Shown: in pieces, positions 8,818 to 19,611 of the stretch
Layout: each line of letters starts with the position of its first letter
Numbering within the stretch: position 1 is the first letter of the stretch
NCBI GenBank assembly: GCA_949292205.1
Contig: CASEYR010000001.1
Coordinates: 155,530 to 219,529 of the forward strand
Direction of reading: 5' to 3'
Origin: an uncultured Alphaproteobacteria bacterium
GTDB taxonomy: Bacteria > Pseudomonadota > Alphaproteobacteria > CAAHEQ01 > UBA3637
DNA: 64,000 nt
Translations under genes and position numbers: made by a program
The notes under the pieces: model-generated
What the model saw: only the letters and a program-made list of their open reading frames with translations
Databases searched by the model: none
Told to the model about the DNA's origin: nothing

Positions 8818-10077
8818 ATGCTAGGCTCGGTCATTATTAACAATGTTATGGGAAAGAAAATGACAGTAACTTATGAAGAACTTGCTCGTGGAATTGAATC
8901 TATTATCCCCGAAAACGGATTGAAAGAAAAATTGGCTATCGCCGAAAAGGAAAAACGCCCTCTAATTATTAAATTCGGAATGGATCCAACCGCTCCGGAT
9001 TTACACTTGGGACATGCTGTTGCTCTGAAAAAATTGAGACAATTTCAAGAAGCCGGACATGAAATTCACCTATTGGTCGGTGATTTTACGGCTGCTATCG
9101 GCGATCCAACCGGACGAAATACAACAAGACCTCCTCTATCACCCGAGGAAATTAAAGTAAACTCAAAAACTTACATTGACCAGATGGATAAGGTTATCGA
9201 CACCTCAAAAAATGTTAAAATCCGTTTCAACGGAGAATGGATGAGTAAGATGACTTTTTCCGATATTATTAAGTTGTTGGGAAAGGCGACGCTGGCTCAG
9301 ATGTTACAACGCGATGACTTCAGTAAGCGGTTTAAAGAGAATATTCCTATTTCTATGCATGAGCTGATTTATCCGTTAATTCAAGGATATGATTCCGTTG
9401 CTATGCACGCTGATATCGAATTTGGTGGCAGAGATCAGCTGTTTAACTGTCTTGTCGGGAAAACATTACAGGAAAGCTTCGGACAACCGGGGCAAGTTGT
9501 TATCGGAATACCTTTATTGGTTGGGCTTGACGGACAAATGAAAATGAGCAAATCCAAGGGAAACTATATCGGATTGACAGAACCCCCTAATGATATGTTC
9601 GGAAAAGCCATGTCTATTCCTGATGCTTTGATTCCAGAATGGGTGGAATTGGTTACTGATTGGACTCCTGAAAAAAAGGCAAATGCTGTTGCCGATTACA
9701 AGAATAATACAGTCAATCCAATGGAAATTAAAAAGAAAATAGCTTTTGATATCGTGCGTCAATATCATAGTCTTGAAGACGCCGAAAAAGCAGAACGCTT
9801 TTTCTATACACAGGTACAACAAAGAGGATTTGAAACAAAGGAATTCCAAGAGGTTAAAGCTTCTGATTTGGGACTTAAAACACCTTGTAGCTTGGTTGAT
9901 TTCGGCGTGGCCGTCATGCAAGGGCAAAGTAAATCTGCCATTCGTCGCTTGATTGAAAGCGGAGCCGTTGCCATTGACGGTGAAAAAGTAACGGATATCG
10001 GGACAACGGTAACCCCGACAGAGGATGGAATTAAAATAAAAATCGGGAAAAGAGGATTTTTTAATTTAAAACCGTAA
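8818..10077 (+). CDS. tyrS: tyrosyl-tRNA synthetase
   Basis: HLGH (HIGH-type) and KMSKS motifs, C-terminal S4-like domain. Confidence 0.9.
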   Translation: MLGSVIINNVMGKKMTVTYEELARGIESIIPENGLKEKLAIAEKEKRPLIIKFGMDPTAPDLHLGHAVALKKLRQFQEAGHEIHLLVGDFTAAIGDPTGRNTTRPPLSPEEIKVNSKTYIDQMDKVIDTSKNVKIRFNGEWMSKMTFSDIIKLLGKATLAQMLQRDDFSKRFKENIPISMHELIYPLIQGYDSVAMHADIEFGGRDQLFNCLVGKTLQESFGQPGQVVIGIPLLVGLDGQMKMSKSKGNYIGLTEPPNDMFGKAMSIPDALIPEWVELVTDWTPEKKANAVADYKNNTVNPMEIKKKIAFDIVRQYHSLEDAEKAERFFYTQVQQRGFETKEFQEVKASDLGLKTPCSLVDFGVAVMQGQSKSAIRRLIESGAVAIDGEKVTDIGTTVTPTEDGIKIKIGKRGFFNLKP

Positions 10078-10130
10078 ACAGAGGGTTGTCCTTGTCCGAA
10101 ATAGTGTTTATATCCAGTTATAGATTGTGA

Positions 10131-11522
<1,392 letters not shown>

Positions 11523-11939
11523 TTGATGGAAATGCGGCTAAAGGTTTATTCGCCCGTCGGGGTTATCTTGGAAACACCTGTGACTCAAGTCGATTTTGAG
11601 TCAATAGACGGTTTTTATACCTTACTCCACCGTCATATGGATATGGTTTCCGCTCTAAAGCCGAGTATTTTATCTTATAAAACGAATGGTAATCAACTTT
11701 ATATTGCTTGTAATCAGGGGGTCTTAGTTAAAAAGGGAGAAGATGTTTCCGTATCTACAAAATTGGCTATTATGGGAACGGATTTAAAACAGCTGCAAAA
11801 GACAATAGAAGTTGACTTCAAGGAAATGGAACAGCAGAGAAAAGAAGCCAACCTTACGATGGCTCGATTAGAAATCGGGTTAACAAAAGGGCTAATGGCT
11901 TTAAACAAAAATAATGGAGGCAGTGATGGCGGAATTTGA
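11523..11939 (+). CDS. atpC: ATP synthase epsilon subunit
   Basis: Size and position immediately after beta; start abuts beta stop. Confidence 0.65.
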   Translation: MMEMRLKVYSPVGVILETPVTQVDFESIDGFYTLLHRHMDMVSALKPSILSYKTNGNQLYIACNQGVLVKKGEDVSVSTKLAIMGTDLKQLQKTIEVDFKEMEQQRKEANLTMARLEIGLTKGLMALNKNNGGSDGGI

Positions 11940-12273
11940 TGAAGAAAACCGAAAAACAGCCACTATTTTAATCAACAAGGCTAAGGCTATGGAGCATCGT
12001 CAATCTCGTCTTCTATTTTTTAATGCCGCCTTGTTGGGGGTTTACGGATGGCAGTTGTCCATACCTGTCTTATTAGGCGTAGCTATCGGTCAATTTTTAG
12101 ATAGAATCTTCCCCTCCTCTGTTTTTTCATGGACTCTCAATTTCATTTTTGTCGGTTTTGTTGTGGGTATCTTTAATGCTAATCGGTGGCTTCATAAAGA
12201 GGGAACGGTTCAAATTATTAAAAAGAGATACCGTCAACAATTGGCAGAACAACGTCAACGGAGTAAAAAATGA
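11914..12273 (+). CDS. N-ATPase-associated small membrane protein (AtpQ-like)
   Basis: Two hydrophobic helices; position between epsilon and a subunit as in N-ATPase operons; alternative start at 11926 has a GGAGG RBS. Confidence 0.5.
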   Translation: MEAVMAEFDEENRKTATILINKAKAMEHRQSRLLFFNAALLGVYGWQLSIPVLLGVAIGQFLDRIFPSSVFSWTLNFIFVGFVVGIFNANRWLHKEGTVQIIKKRYRQQLAEQRQRSKK

Positions 12274-12674
12274 AACATCACATTTTTCATATGCCTTTAC
12301 ATGAGTTATTAACGGTTTTCGGAATAGGTGTCGTTTTAGGTTTAATCTATATGTACCTGTTATGGTTAACTGTTCAAACATTGCCAAAAGTTAAACATAG
12401 AGGGTTATTCCTTTTTACATCCGCCGTATTACGTATCTTTTTACTGATTTTCGGTGCTTTGGCTCTGTCACATGAGCATGCCGGTCGTTTTATCTTGATT
12501 TTCTGTGGTGTTATAGCAACTCGTCTATTTGTTCTTCGTTTTACAAAAATGGGGGCTTACCACGCTGTTGAACAAAAAGAGTTAACCTCTGCCATGAATC
12601 CTCAAGCGTCTGCTCAAAAAGGAAAAAATAGTTCTCGAAAATCTTCAAAACGAAAAGGAAGCCGTTCAAAATGA
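12270..12674 (+). CDS. N-ATPase-associated membrane protein (AtpR-like), basic C-terminal tail
   Basis: Hydrophobic helices with an Arg in TM region, K/R/S-rich tail; operon position. Confidence 0.5.
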   Translation: MKHHIFHMPLHELLTVFGIGVVLGLIYMYLLWLTVQTLPKVKHRGLFLFTSAVLRIFLLIFGALALSHEHAGRFILIFCGVIATRLFVLRFTKMGAYHAVEQKELTSAMNPQASAQKGKNSSRKSSKRKGSRSK

Positions 12675-13561
12675 ATGAAACCATCATGCATATCGGAGAA
12701 CTATCTGTAACGGGAAATATCCTTCTTTCCGTTGTGGCGGTTGTCATTTTATGTGTAGCTGGCTGTCTTTGGATGAAAAATTATTGGGGACGAGTTTTGT
12801 CCGTCTTCTTAATCATATCAACTTGGTGGAGCGCTTTGGACCTGAACGGCGTATCAGCTAGCGGAGAACTGGCTCTGGAAAATATTGATACCCTTCCGAT
12901 TGTTCAACTTTTCGGCATCACTATCGGCGGAACAGTCTTCTTTTCTTGGATTGTGATGGCTGTTTTAGTCCTCTTGTCTTGGCTGACAACTCGAAATTTA
13001 AAAACAACTGTCAGTGTTTCTTCGCTACAAACCGCAATGGAAATGATTGTGATGACTATTCGTTCACAAATTAAAGAAGTAAGCGGTGATAATCCGGCTC
13101 GCTATATGCCGATTATGGGGACTTTCTTTTTATTTATCGGATTAAGTAACTTACTGACGATTATTCCTTGGTTCAGAGCACCGACAGCTTCTTTGTCAAC
13201 GACTTTAGCTTTTTCTTTGTGTGTGTTCTGCGCTATGCCGATTTATGGCATTCACAACCAAGGGATTTTGGGATATCTAAAAAAATACATTGATCCAACC
13301 CCTATTATGTTACCGATGAATATCATTAGTGATTTTTCATCAACTTTCTCATTGGCTTTTCGTTTGTATGGCAATATGTTAAGTGGTGCCATCATTGCCT
13401 CGGTTTTAATGATGTTAGCTCCCTTTTTAATCCCGTTGCCTTTACAAATACTCGGTTTAATAACAGGGACGATTCAGGCGTATATCTTCTCATTGTTGGC
13501 TATTGTATACGTCTCATCAGTCGCTCCTAAACAACCATTTATTGATAAACTAACATATTAA
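12671..13561 (+). CDS. atpB: ATP synthase Fo a subunit
   Basis: Conserved stator Arg region AFRLYGNMLSG; polytopic. Confidence 0.85.
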   Translation: MNETIMHIGELSVTGNILLSVVAVVILCVAGCLWMKNYWGRVLSVFLIISTWWSALDLNGVSASGELALENIDTLPIVQLFGITIGGTVFFSWIVMAVLVLLSWLTTRNLKTTVSVSSLQTAMEMIVMTIRSQIKEVSGDNPARYMPIMGTFFLFIGLSNLLTIIPWFRAPTASLSTTLAFSLCVFCAMPIYGIHNQGILGYLKKYIDPTPIMLPMNIISDFSSTFSLAFRLYGNMLSGAIIASVLMMLAPFLIPLPLQILGLITGTIQAYIFSLLAIVYVSSVAPKQPFIDKLTY

Positions 13562-13579
13562 CAAGAAAGGAGAAAAAAA

Positions 13580-13858
13580 ATGGATGCAATTACTTTAATC
13601 GGAGCTATGTCTGTCCTCGCTGCAGGATTATGTATCTCTATCGGCGGTATCGGACCCGGACTTGGTGAAGGAAATGCGGCCGCAAGTGCTTTGCGGGCTA
13701 TCGCTCAACAACCGGATGAAGCCGGCACAATCACCAGAACGTTATTTGTTTCCATGGCTATGGTGGAATCAACAGCTATTTACGCATTCGTTGTTACTGT
13801 TTTAATTTTATACTTCAATCCGTTTTGGAACTACGCTGTTGAAATGGCTGCCAAGTAA
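13580..13858 (+). CDS. atpE: ATP synthase Fo c subunit with complete Na+-binding ligand set
   Basis: Helix-1 Glu (GLGEGNAA) plus helix-2 VESTAIY (Glu, Ser, Thr, Tyr ligands), the N-ATPase/Na+ signature. Confidence 0.85.
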   Translation: MDAITLIGAMSVLAAGLCISIGGIGPGLGEGNAAASALRAIAQQPDEAGTITRTLFVSMAMVESTAIYAFVVTVLILYFNPFWNYAVEMAAK

Positions 13859-13870
13859 AAGGAGACCGTT

Positions 13871-14644
13871 ATGGGATTCAGCTGGGTTACATTCATTGCC
13901 CAAATTGTCAATCTATTTGTTTTAGTTTGGTTGTTAAAGCGTTTCTTGTATCAACCAATCGTTGATACCATTGCCAAGCGTCAGGCCTATATTAAGGATA
14001 AAGTCAAAAAGGCTGAAAATGCTGCGGAAAAAGCATTGCAAGAGCAAAAAGCTCTGGCAGATAAAAATGCTGCTTTTGAGGCTGACAAACAAAAACGCTT
14101 GGACGAGGCTTTGGCGGAGATTGATCGTCTTAAAAAAGAGCAAGAAGATCGTATCTCGGAAGAGTTGAAAGCTAAACGAGTCAAAATGCAAAGCGACTTA
14201 AATCGAGAAACGGCTTCTCTGCAATTGGAAATTCGGAATTTGATGGCTCAGCAATTCTTGGAGTTATCTCAAAAAGCAATGGCTGATTTATCGGGATTAT
14301 CTCCGATTGAACAGGCTATTTTGCTCTTCCGAAAAAAAATTGAAAAGCTGAACTCAAAAGAAAAAACAAATATAAAAAAAATATCTTTAAAACAAAAGAT
14401 TATGTCAATAAATATTTCTTCTGCTTTAACAAAAAAAGCTCAAGATGAATTGTTGGCTTTTATCCGAAAAACGTTTGATTTGGACTCGTCCGTTCGTATC
14501 AGCATTCAAGTCAATCCAGACTTAATTCTTGGTGCTGAAATGATAACGGGAGATGTGGCGGTTGAATGGAACTTAAAGTCATATCTGGATGCTTTTACGG
14601 GAAATCTGAATACAGCTTTATCGGGGTTAATCATTAAGGAGTAA
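13871..14644 (+). CDS. atpF: ATP synthase Fo b subunit fused to a delta(OSCP)-like C-terminal domain
   Basis: N-terminal TM plus long coiled coil; C-terminus LILGAEMITGDVAVEWNLKSYLD resembles the delta C-terminal GG..I..GD.VID.S motif; no separate delta gene in the operon. Confidence 0.7.
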   Translation: MGFSWVTFIAQIVNLFVLVWLLKRFLYQPIVDTIAKRQAYIKDKVKKAENAAEKALQEQKALADKNAAFEADKQKRLDEALAEIDRLKKEQEDRISEELKAKRVKMQSDLNRETASLQLEIRNLMAQQFLELSQKAMADLSGLSPIEQAILLFRKKIEKLNSKEKTNIKKISLKQKIMSINISSALTKKAQDELLAFIRKTFDLDSSVRISIQVNPDLILGAEMITGDVAVEWNLKSYLDAFTGNLNTALSGLIIKE

Positions 14645-14655
14645 GAGAGGCGAAT

Positions 14656-16182
14656 ATGTTACACAAAGCGTCTAGGGAAGCAGAACAGGCAATTAAAGAG
14701 GCTATTCAAAAAACGCCTTTGGATTTAAAAGTATCCGAAACAAGTTCAATCATATCTATCTCGGCCGGAACAGCGGAAGTTTCGGGCCTTTCAAAGGTTC
14801 AAATGAACGAGTTGTTGACCTTTAAAGATAACACAATCGGTATGGTTCAAACCTTAATGCAGGACAGAGTCGGTGTCGTCTTTTTGACGAATGCCGATCA
14901 CTTAAAAGCCGGTGATAAAGCCAAACGAACGCATCGCGTGTTAGATGTTCCTGTCGGAGATGCTCTGTTGGGACGTGTCATCAACCCATTGGGACAGCCC
15001 TTGGATAATAAAGGCGCCATTCCGACAACGCAAACTTATCCGATTGAACGAGAATCTCCTCCGATTATGCATCGTGCTCCGGTGGATACACCGTTACAAA
15101 CGGGACTGAAAGCGATTGATTCTTTTACGCCCATCGGACGCGGACAACGTGAATTGATTTTAGGTGACAGACAAACCGGAAAAACAGCTATTGCTTTGGA
15201 TACAATGATTAACCAAAAAGAATCCGGTGTTATCTGTGTCTACTGCGCTATCGGTCAACGCGCTGCAGGAACGGCTCGTGTTATTGCCGACTTGGAAAAA
15301 TACGGCGTCATGGAAAACACAATCGTTGTTGTTGCCTCGGGTGATGATGAAGCCGGCATGCAATTTATTGCTCCCTATGCGGCAACTTCTATCGGCGAAT
15401 ATTTTATGGAAAAAGGAAAAGATGTCTTAATTGTTTATGATGATTTGACGGCTCATGCCAGAGCTTATCGCCAAATGTCCTTGCTATTGAGAACACCTCC
15501 GGGACGAGAGGCTTTTCCGGGAGATATCTTCTATATTCACTCTCGACTCTTGGAACGGTCAACACACTTACGTCCGGAGTTCGGTGGTGGTTCCCTCACC
15601 TCTTTGCCGATTGTGTCAACCGAGGCTGGAAATATATCCGCCTATATTCCGACAAACATTATTTCTATTACCGACGGACAAATCTATCTGTCGACTTCTT
15701 TATTCCAAAAGGGGATTCTGCCGGCTATTGATACGGGACGTTCCGTTTCTCGTGTCGGTGGTGATGCTCAATTACCGGCTTATCGGAGTTTGGTCGGTCC
15801 ATTAAAATTGTTTTTCTCACAGTTTGAGGAGTTAGAGTCCTTTGCAAAATTCGGGACCCAAATGGATCCTGAAACGGCCGGACGGTTAAAACGCGGAAAA
15901 GCTATTCGGGCCGTTATGCAACAAATACAATATGCTCCTTTACCAGCTGCCGACCAAATCGCTGTCTTTTTGGCTACGAATGAGGGATTGTTGGATGATG
16001 TAGATGAACGTCAAAGTGCTTTGGCTCAGAAAATTATCATCCATGTTTTACATTCCAAATTCCCTAAGGTTATCACCAGTATCGTTGATAAAAGAGAAAA
16101 ATTATCAAATGATATAAAACAAAAGCTGTTAGATGCTTTCCGAAAAGCCTTGGCAAATGAAAAAGGATTAAAAACAGAATGA
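14656..16182 (+). CDS. atpA: ATP synthase F1 alpha subunit
   Basis: P-loop GDRQTGKT. Confidence 0.95.
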   Translation: MLHKASREAEQAIKEAIQKTPLDLKVSETSSIISISAGTAEVSGLSKVQMNELLTFKDNTIGMVQTLMQDRVGVVFLTNADHLKAGDKAKRTHRVLDVPVGDALLGRVINPLGQPLDNKGAIPTTQTYPIERESPPIMHRAPVDTPLQTGLKAIDSFTPIGRGQRELILGDRQTGKTAIALDTMINQKESGVICVYCAIGQRAAGTARVIADLEKYGVMENTIVVVASGDDEAGMQFIAPYAATSIGEYFMEKGKDVLIVYDDLTAHARAYRQMSLLLRTPPGREAFPGDIFYIHSRLLERSTHLRPEFGGGSLTSLPIVSTEAGNISAYIPTNIISITDGQIYLSTSLFQKGILPAIDTGRSVSRVGGDAQLPAYRSLVGPLKLFFSQFEELESFAKFGTQMDPETAGRLKRGKAIRAVMQQIQYAPLPAADQIAVFLATNEGLLDDVDERQSALAQKIIIHVLHSKFPKVITSIVDKREKLSNDIKQKLLDAFRKALANEKGLKTE

Positions 16183-17084
16183 CTCTGGAAGCTTTAAATA
16201 AACGTATCAAAACAACAACGGATTTACGTGACATTGTCAGTACAATGAAAATGCTCTCGTCCGTTAGTGTCGGGCAATACGAAAAAGCTCTTGCCTCTTT
16301 AAATGAATATGGGGCAACGGTTCGAAAAGCTTTCCAAGGTTTATTAAAAGATGACTCCTTTATCTATACACCTAAAAACATTAAAACAAATCGCCCTAAA
16401 ACAATTGCGGTGATTATCGGAACAGATAATGGTCTTGTCGGACGATTTAACAGAGATGTCCTAACTTTTGCAAAACGCAGTTTAAAAGAACGAAATTGCC
16501 TAGAGGAAACAGTAGCTATATGTGTCGGAAAACGTATCGGTTTAATGGTACAATCAGCCAAAATGTCCGTTGCGACAACGTATCCGATTATGAACTCGTT
16601 AAAAGAAATAGCTTCAATCGCCTCTATGGTTTTGATTAAGTTGAATGAGATAATCACTAAACAACGAATTGATCAAGTATTGGTTTATTACACTTATCGT
16701 TCGACCGGAGAACAGCAACATGTTGTCGTTAGACAGCTAATGCCTTTGCCGGCCGATGATTTAATTGACTTGAAAAAGGAAAAATGGGATGGACGAACAC
16801 TCCCCTTAATTACGGGTGACAGAGAGGCTTTGTTTTCAGCCTTAAGTCATGAGTATTTGACCGTTATTTTGGCTCATGCCTTAACCGCTTCTTTGGCTGC
16901 AGAACATTATACGCGTATGGTGAATATGCAACAGGCAGAAAAAAATATTGATGAATCCTTGGAAAATATGAATTTAGAGTATCAACAATTACGACAAACG
17001 AATATTACCGATGAATTAATTGATATTGTATCCGGGGCCGAAAGTATGAAAAAAAAGAAAATAAATCTAAATAACCCTTTATAA
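16179..17084 (+). CDS. atpG: ATP synthase gamma subunit
   Basis: Gamma-like N-terminus (LRDIVSTMKMLSSVSV), operon position, start overlaps alpha stop. Confidence 0.7.
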   Translation: MTLEALNKRIKTTTDLRDIVSTMKMLSSVSVGQYEKALASLNEYGATVRKAFQGLLKDDSFIYTPKNIKTNRPKTIAVIIGTDNGLVGRFNRDVLTFAKRSLKERNCLEETVAICVGKRIGLMVQSAKMSVATTYPIMNSLKEIASIASMVLIKLNEIITKQRIDQVLVYYTYRSTGEQQHVVVRQLMPLPADDLIDLKKEKWDGRTLPLITGDREALFSALSHEYLTVILAHALTASLAAEHYTRMVNMQQAEKNIDESLENMNLEYQQLRQTNITDELIDIVSGAESMKKKKINLNNPL

Positions 17085-17151
17085 CACTTGACAATAGAAT
17101 AAAAAAAGGATAGTAATTACTATATTATCAACAAGAAAGGAAATATATATT

Positions 17152-17445
17152 ATGATCAAATCAGAATTAGTTACTAATGTTGCAGAAAAAAACGATTTAA
17201 CCAGAGCTGATGCAGAACGGGTTGTTGCAACAATTTTGGATACAATTAAAGATGCCTTAATTCAGGGAAACAGAGTTGAATTGAGAGGTTTTGGTGTTTT
17301 GTCTGTTCGGACGCGCAAGCCTAGACTTGGCCGTAATCCTAAAACAGGCGCTCAGGTTCAGGTTGAGGGAAAACGTGTCCCTTTCTTTAAGGCAGGCAAG
17401 TCTGTCAATGACGCCCTAAACAAAAAAGCTAAAAAAGGCGCATAA
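17152..17445 (+). CDS. HU/IHF-family DNA-binding protein (IHF-beta-like)
   Basis: RGFGVLSVRTRKPRLGRNPKTGAQVQV beta-arm signature. Confidence 0.8.
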   Translation: MIKSELVTNVAEKNDLTRADAERVVATILDTIKDALIQGNRVELRGFGVLSVRTRKPRLGRNPKTGAQVQVEGKRVPFFKAGKSVNDALNKKAKKGA

Positions 17446-17448
17446 GCT

Positions 17449-18294
17449 ATGAACTGGATTACCAATCTGACGCGACCGACGGTCAAGAAAGTTAATATTC
17501 ATGCCGATATCCCCGATAATTTCTGGGATAGATGCCCAGGGTGTGGGGCAATGCTCTTTCATGAAGAGATAAATAAAACAGACTATGTTTGTCCACGGTG
17601 TAATCATCACTTTCGTTTGCCTCCGTTGCGTCGGTTGGAAATGATCTTTGATAATCAGGAGTATACTCTGATTCAATTGCCAAAAGTCAAAGAAGATCCT
17701 TTGCATTTCTGTGATTTAAAAAAATACACTGATCGCTTAAAAGATGCCAGAAAAAAAACAAAAAGCGATGATGCTATTTTGGTTGCCCATGGTAAAATAG
17801 GTGGAAAACCGGCTGTTGTTGGTGTTTTTAACTTTAACTTTATGGGCGGTTCAATGGGAACTTATGTCGGTGAAGCTATTGTGACAGCGGCTCAATTGGC
17901 CTTGTTGCAAGAAGCGGCTTTAATTTTAATCCCTGCTTCCGGTGGTGCCCGTATGCAAGAAGGAATGCTTTCCTTGATGCAAATGGCTCGCACAACGGTT
18001 GCTGTAAAACGACTTAAGAAAAAGAAGTTACCATATATTGTCGTTCTGACAGATCCAACAACCGGCGGTGTAACAGCTTCATTCGCTATGTTGGGGGATA
18101 TTACTTTGGCCGAACCAGGTTCTGTTATTGGATTTGCAGGCGCTCGGGTCATTGAGCAAACTATCCGACAGAAATTACCGCCAAACTTCCAAAAGGCAGA
18201 TTATTTGTTAGATCATGGCATGATTGATCAAGTTGTTCCGCGTAAAGATTTACGAAAGAAATTGATTCAAATTTTAGGATTATTACTAAAATAA
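17449..18294 (+). CDS. accD: acetyl-CoA carboxylase carboxyltransferase beta subunit
   Basis: N-terminal zinc ribbon CPGCGAMLF...CPRCNHH; carboxyltransferase domain. Confidence 0.9.
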   Translation: MNWITNLTRPTVKKVNIHADIPDNFWDRCPGCGAMLFHEEINKTDYVCPRCNHHFRLPPLRRLEMIFDNQEYTLIQLPKVKEDPLHFCDLKKYTDRLKDARKKTKSDDAILVAHGKIGGKPAVVGVFNFNFMGGSMGTYVGEAIVTAAQLALLQEAALILIPASGGARMQEGMLSLMQMARTTVAVKRLKKKKLPYIVVLTDPTTGGVTASFAMLGDITLAEPGSVIGFAGARVIEQTIRQKLPPNFQKADYLLDHGMIDQVVPRKDLRKKLIQILGLLLK

Positions 18295-18355
18295 TAAAAA
18301 AAACTTGTTTTAAGCAGAGAATATCCTATTTAATAAAAGAAGGGTAGGTTTTAAG

Positions 18356-19369
18356 ATGGAAAATATTTTATTTTTTGATACAGATAAACAACTGCGTGAT
18401 TTTGCTGAAGATCACCCCATTGAAAATGTTAATATGGTGTTTTTTGATAAAGGGTTGAATGCGATATCCCCAAAAGTATTAGAGCCATATTTAGATACTC
18501 GTATTATTTCAGGCTTTATTCACTCGGAAACATTATCCAATGATAAATTGGATTTATTTCCAAACTTAAAGTTGATTGCAACACGTTCAACAGGCTTTAA
18601 TCATATTGACTTGGAATATTGTAAAAAAAGAGGGATTTTGGTTGAAAATGTTCCTTCATATGGTGCAACAACGGTTGCTGAGTTTGCTTTTGGTCTTTTG
18701 CTGGCTCTGGCTCGTAAAATTATAGAATCAAAAAATGATATGGCTCATAATCGAATTGAAACATCTAATTATATGGGCTTTGACCTGATGGGAAAAACGT
18801 TGGGCGTTATCGGAACAGGCTCTATCGGACGTCATATGATTCAAATTGCTCAGGGCTTTGGAATGAAAGTTATTGCTTACGATCCTTTTCAAAATCCAGC
18901 ATTAAAAGATTTATACGTTTCGGATTTGAATACGATTTATCAAGAAAGTGATATCATTTCTTTACATGTTCCTTCAACACCAGAAAACTATCATATGATT
19001 AATGAAGCCGCTTTCAATCAAATGAAAAAAGGGGTTATCATTATCAATACTGCCAGAGGAGATTTGATTGATACTCAAGCCCTGTATTTTGCTTTAAGAA
19101 AAGGAATTGTCGCCGGTGCCGGTTTGGATGTTCTGGAAAACGAAGACTTTTTGTTACATGATGAAGTAGCTACTTCCCCCAGAATGAGTGATAATGATTT
19201 TCTGTTAGATTCGGCAATGAATTTAAAGCTGTTGCAATTTAAAAATGTTATTGCAACCCCTCATATTGCTTTTAACTCTATTGATGCCATTAATCGTATT
19301 AATGCAACGACTTTTGATAATATAGCTAATTTTATCACTGGTAAAATAACGAATAATGTCATTAAATAA
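18356..19369 (+). CDS. D-isomer-specific 2-hydroxyacid dehydrogenase (LdhA/PGDH-like)
   Basis: NAD-binding GVIGTGSIGRHM, catalytic-domain architecture. Confidence 0.8.
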   Translation: MENILFFDTDKQLRDFAEDHPIENVNMVFFDKGLNAISPKVLEPYLDTRIISGFIHSETLSNDKLDLFPNLKLIATRSTGFNHIDLEYCKKRGILVENVPSYGATTVAEFAFGLLLALARKIIESKNDMAHNRIETSNYMGFDLMGKTLGVIGTGSIGRHMIQIAQGFGMKVIAYDPFQNPALKDLYVSDLNTIYQESDIISLHVPSTPENYHMINEAAFNQMKKGVIIINTARGDLIDTQALYFALRKGIVAGAGLDVLENEDFLLHDEVATSPRMSDNDFLLDSAMNLKLLQFKNVIATPHIAFNSIDAINRINATTFDNIANFITGKITNNVIK

Positions 19370-19390
19370 ACAATAATTGTTATCTTATTT

Positions 19391-19420
19391 AGCCCCTGCT
19401 GAAAATAGCAGGGGCTTTTA
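19391..19420 (+). terminator. rho-independent terminator of dehydrogenase gene
   Basis: agcccctgc-tgaaaata-gcaggggct then TTTA. Confidence 0.6.
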
Positions 19421-19566
19421 CGATTTGAACGTAACACTACCCGCGTAAGCGGGTAGATGTAGACATACCAACCCAACCGTAAGGCTTACGGAGCTTTGGG
19501 GCTAGGCAAACGAAGTTTGAATAGGCTAATACCACTTGCGTTAGCGAGTGGAGGTTTATTTTTTGA
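19420..19566 (+). repeat. structured intergenic repeat family, copy 2 (full length)
   Basis: About 80% identical to copy 1, with compensatory changes in two stems (cccgc/gcggg versus cctgc/gcagg; caaac-gaa-gtttg versus cgaacg-t-cgttcg). Confidence 0.7.
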
Positions 19567-19571
19567 GGATG

Positions 19572-19606
19572 AAAAAACAGGGAATATTTTTATTCCCTGT
19601 TTTTTT
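19572..19606. terminator. bidirectional terminator between dehydrogenase gene (+) and aspS (-)
   Basis: A-run, acagggaata-tttt-tattccctgt, T-run. Confidence 0.65.
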
Positions 19607-19611
19607 ATTTA

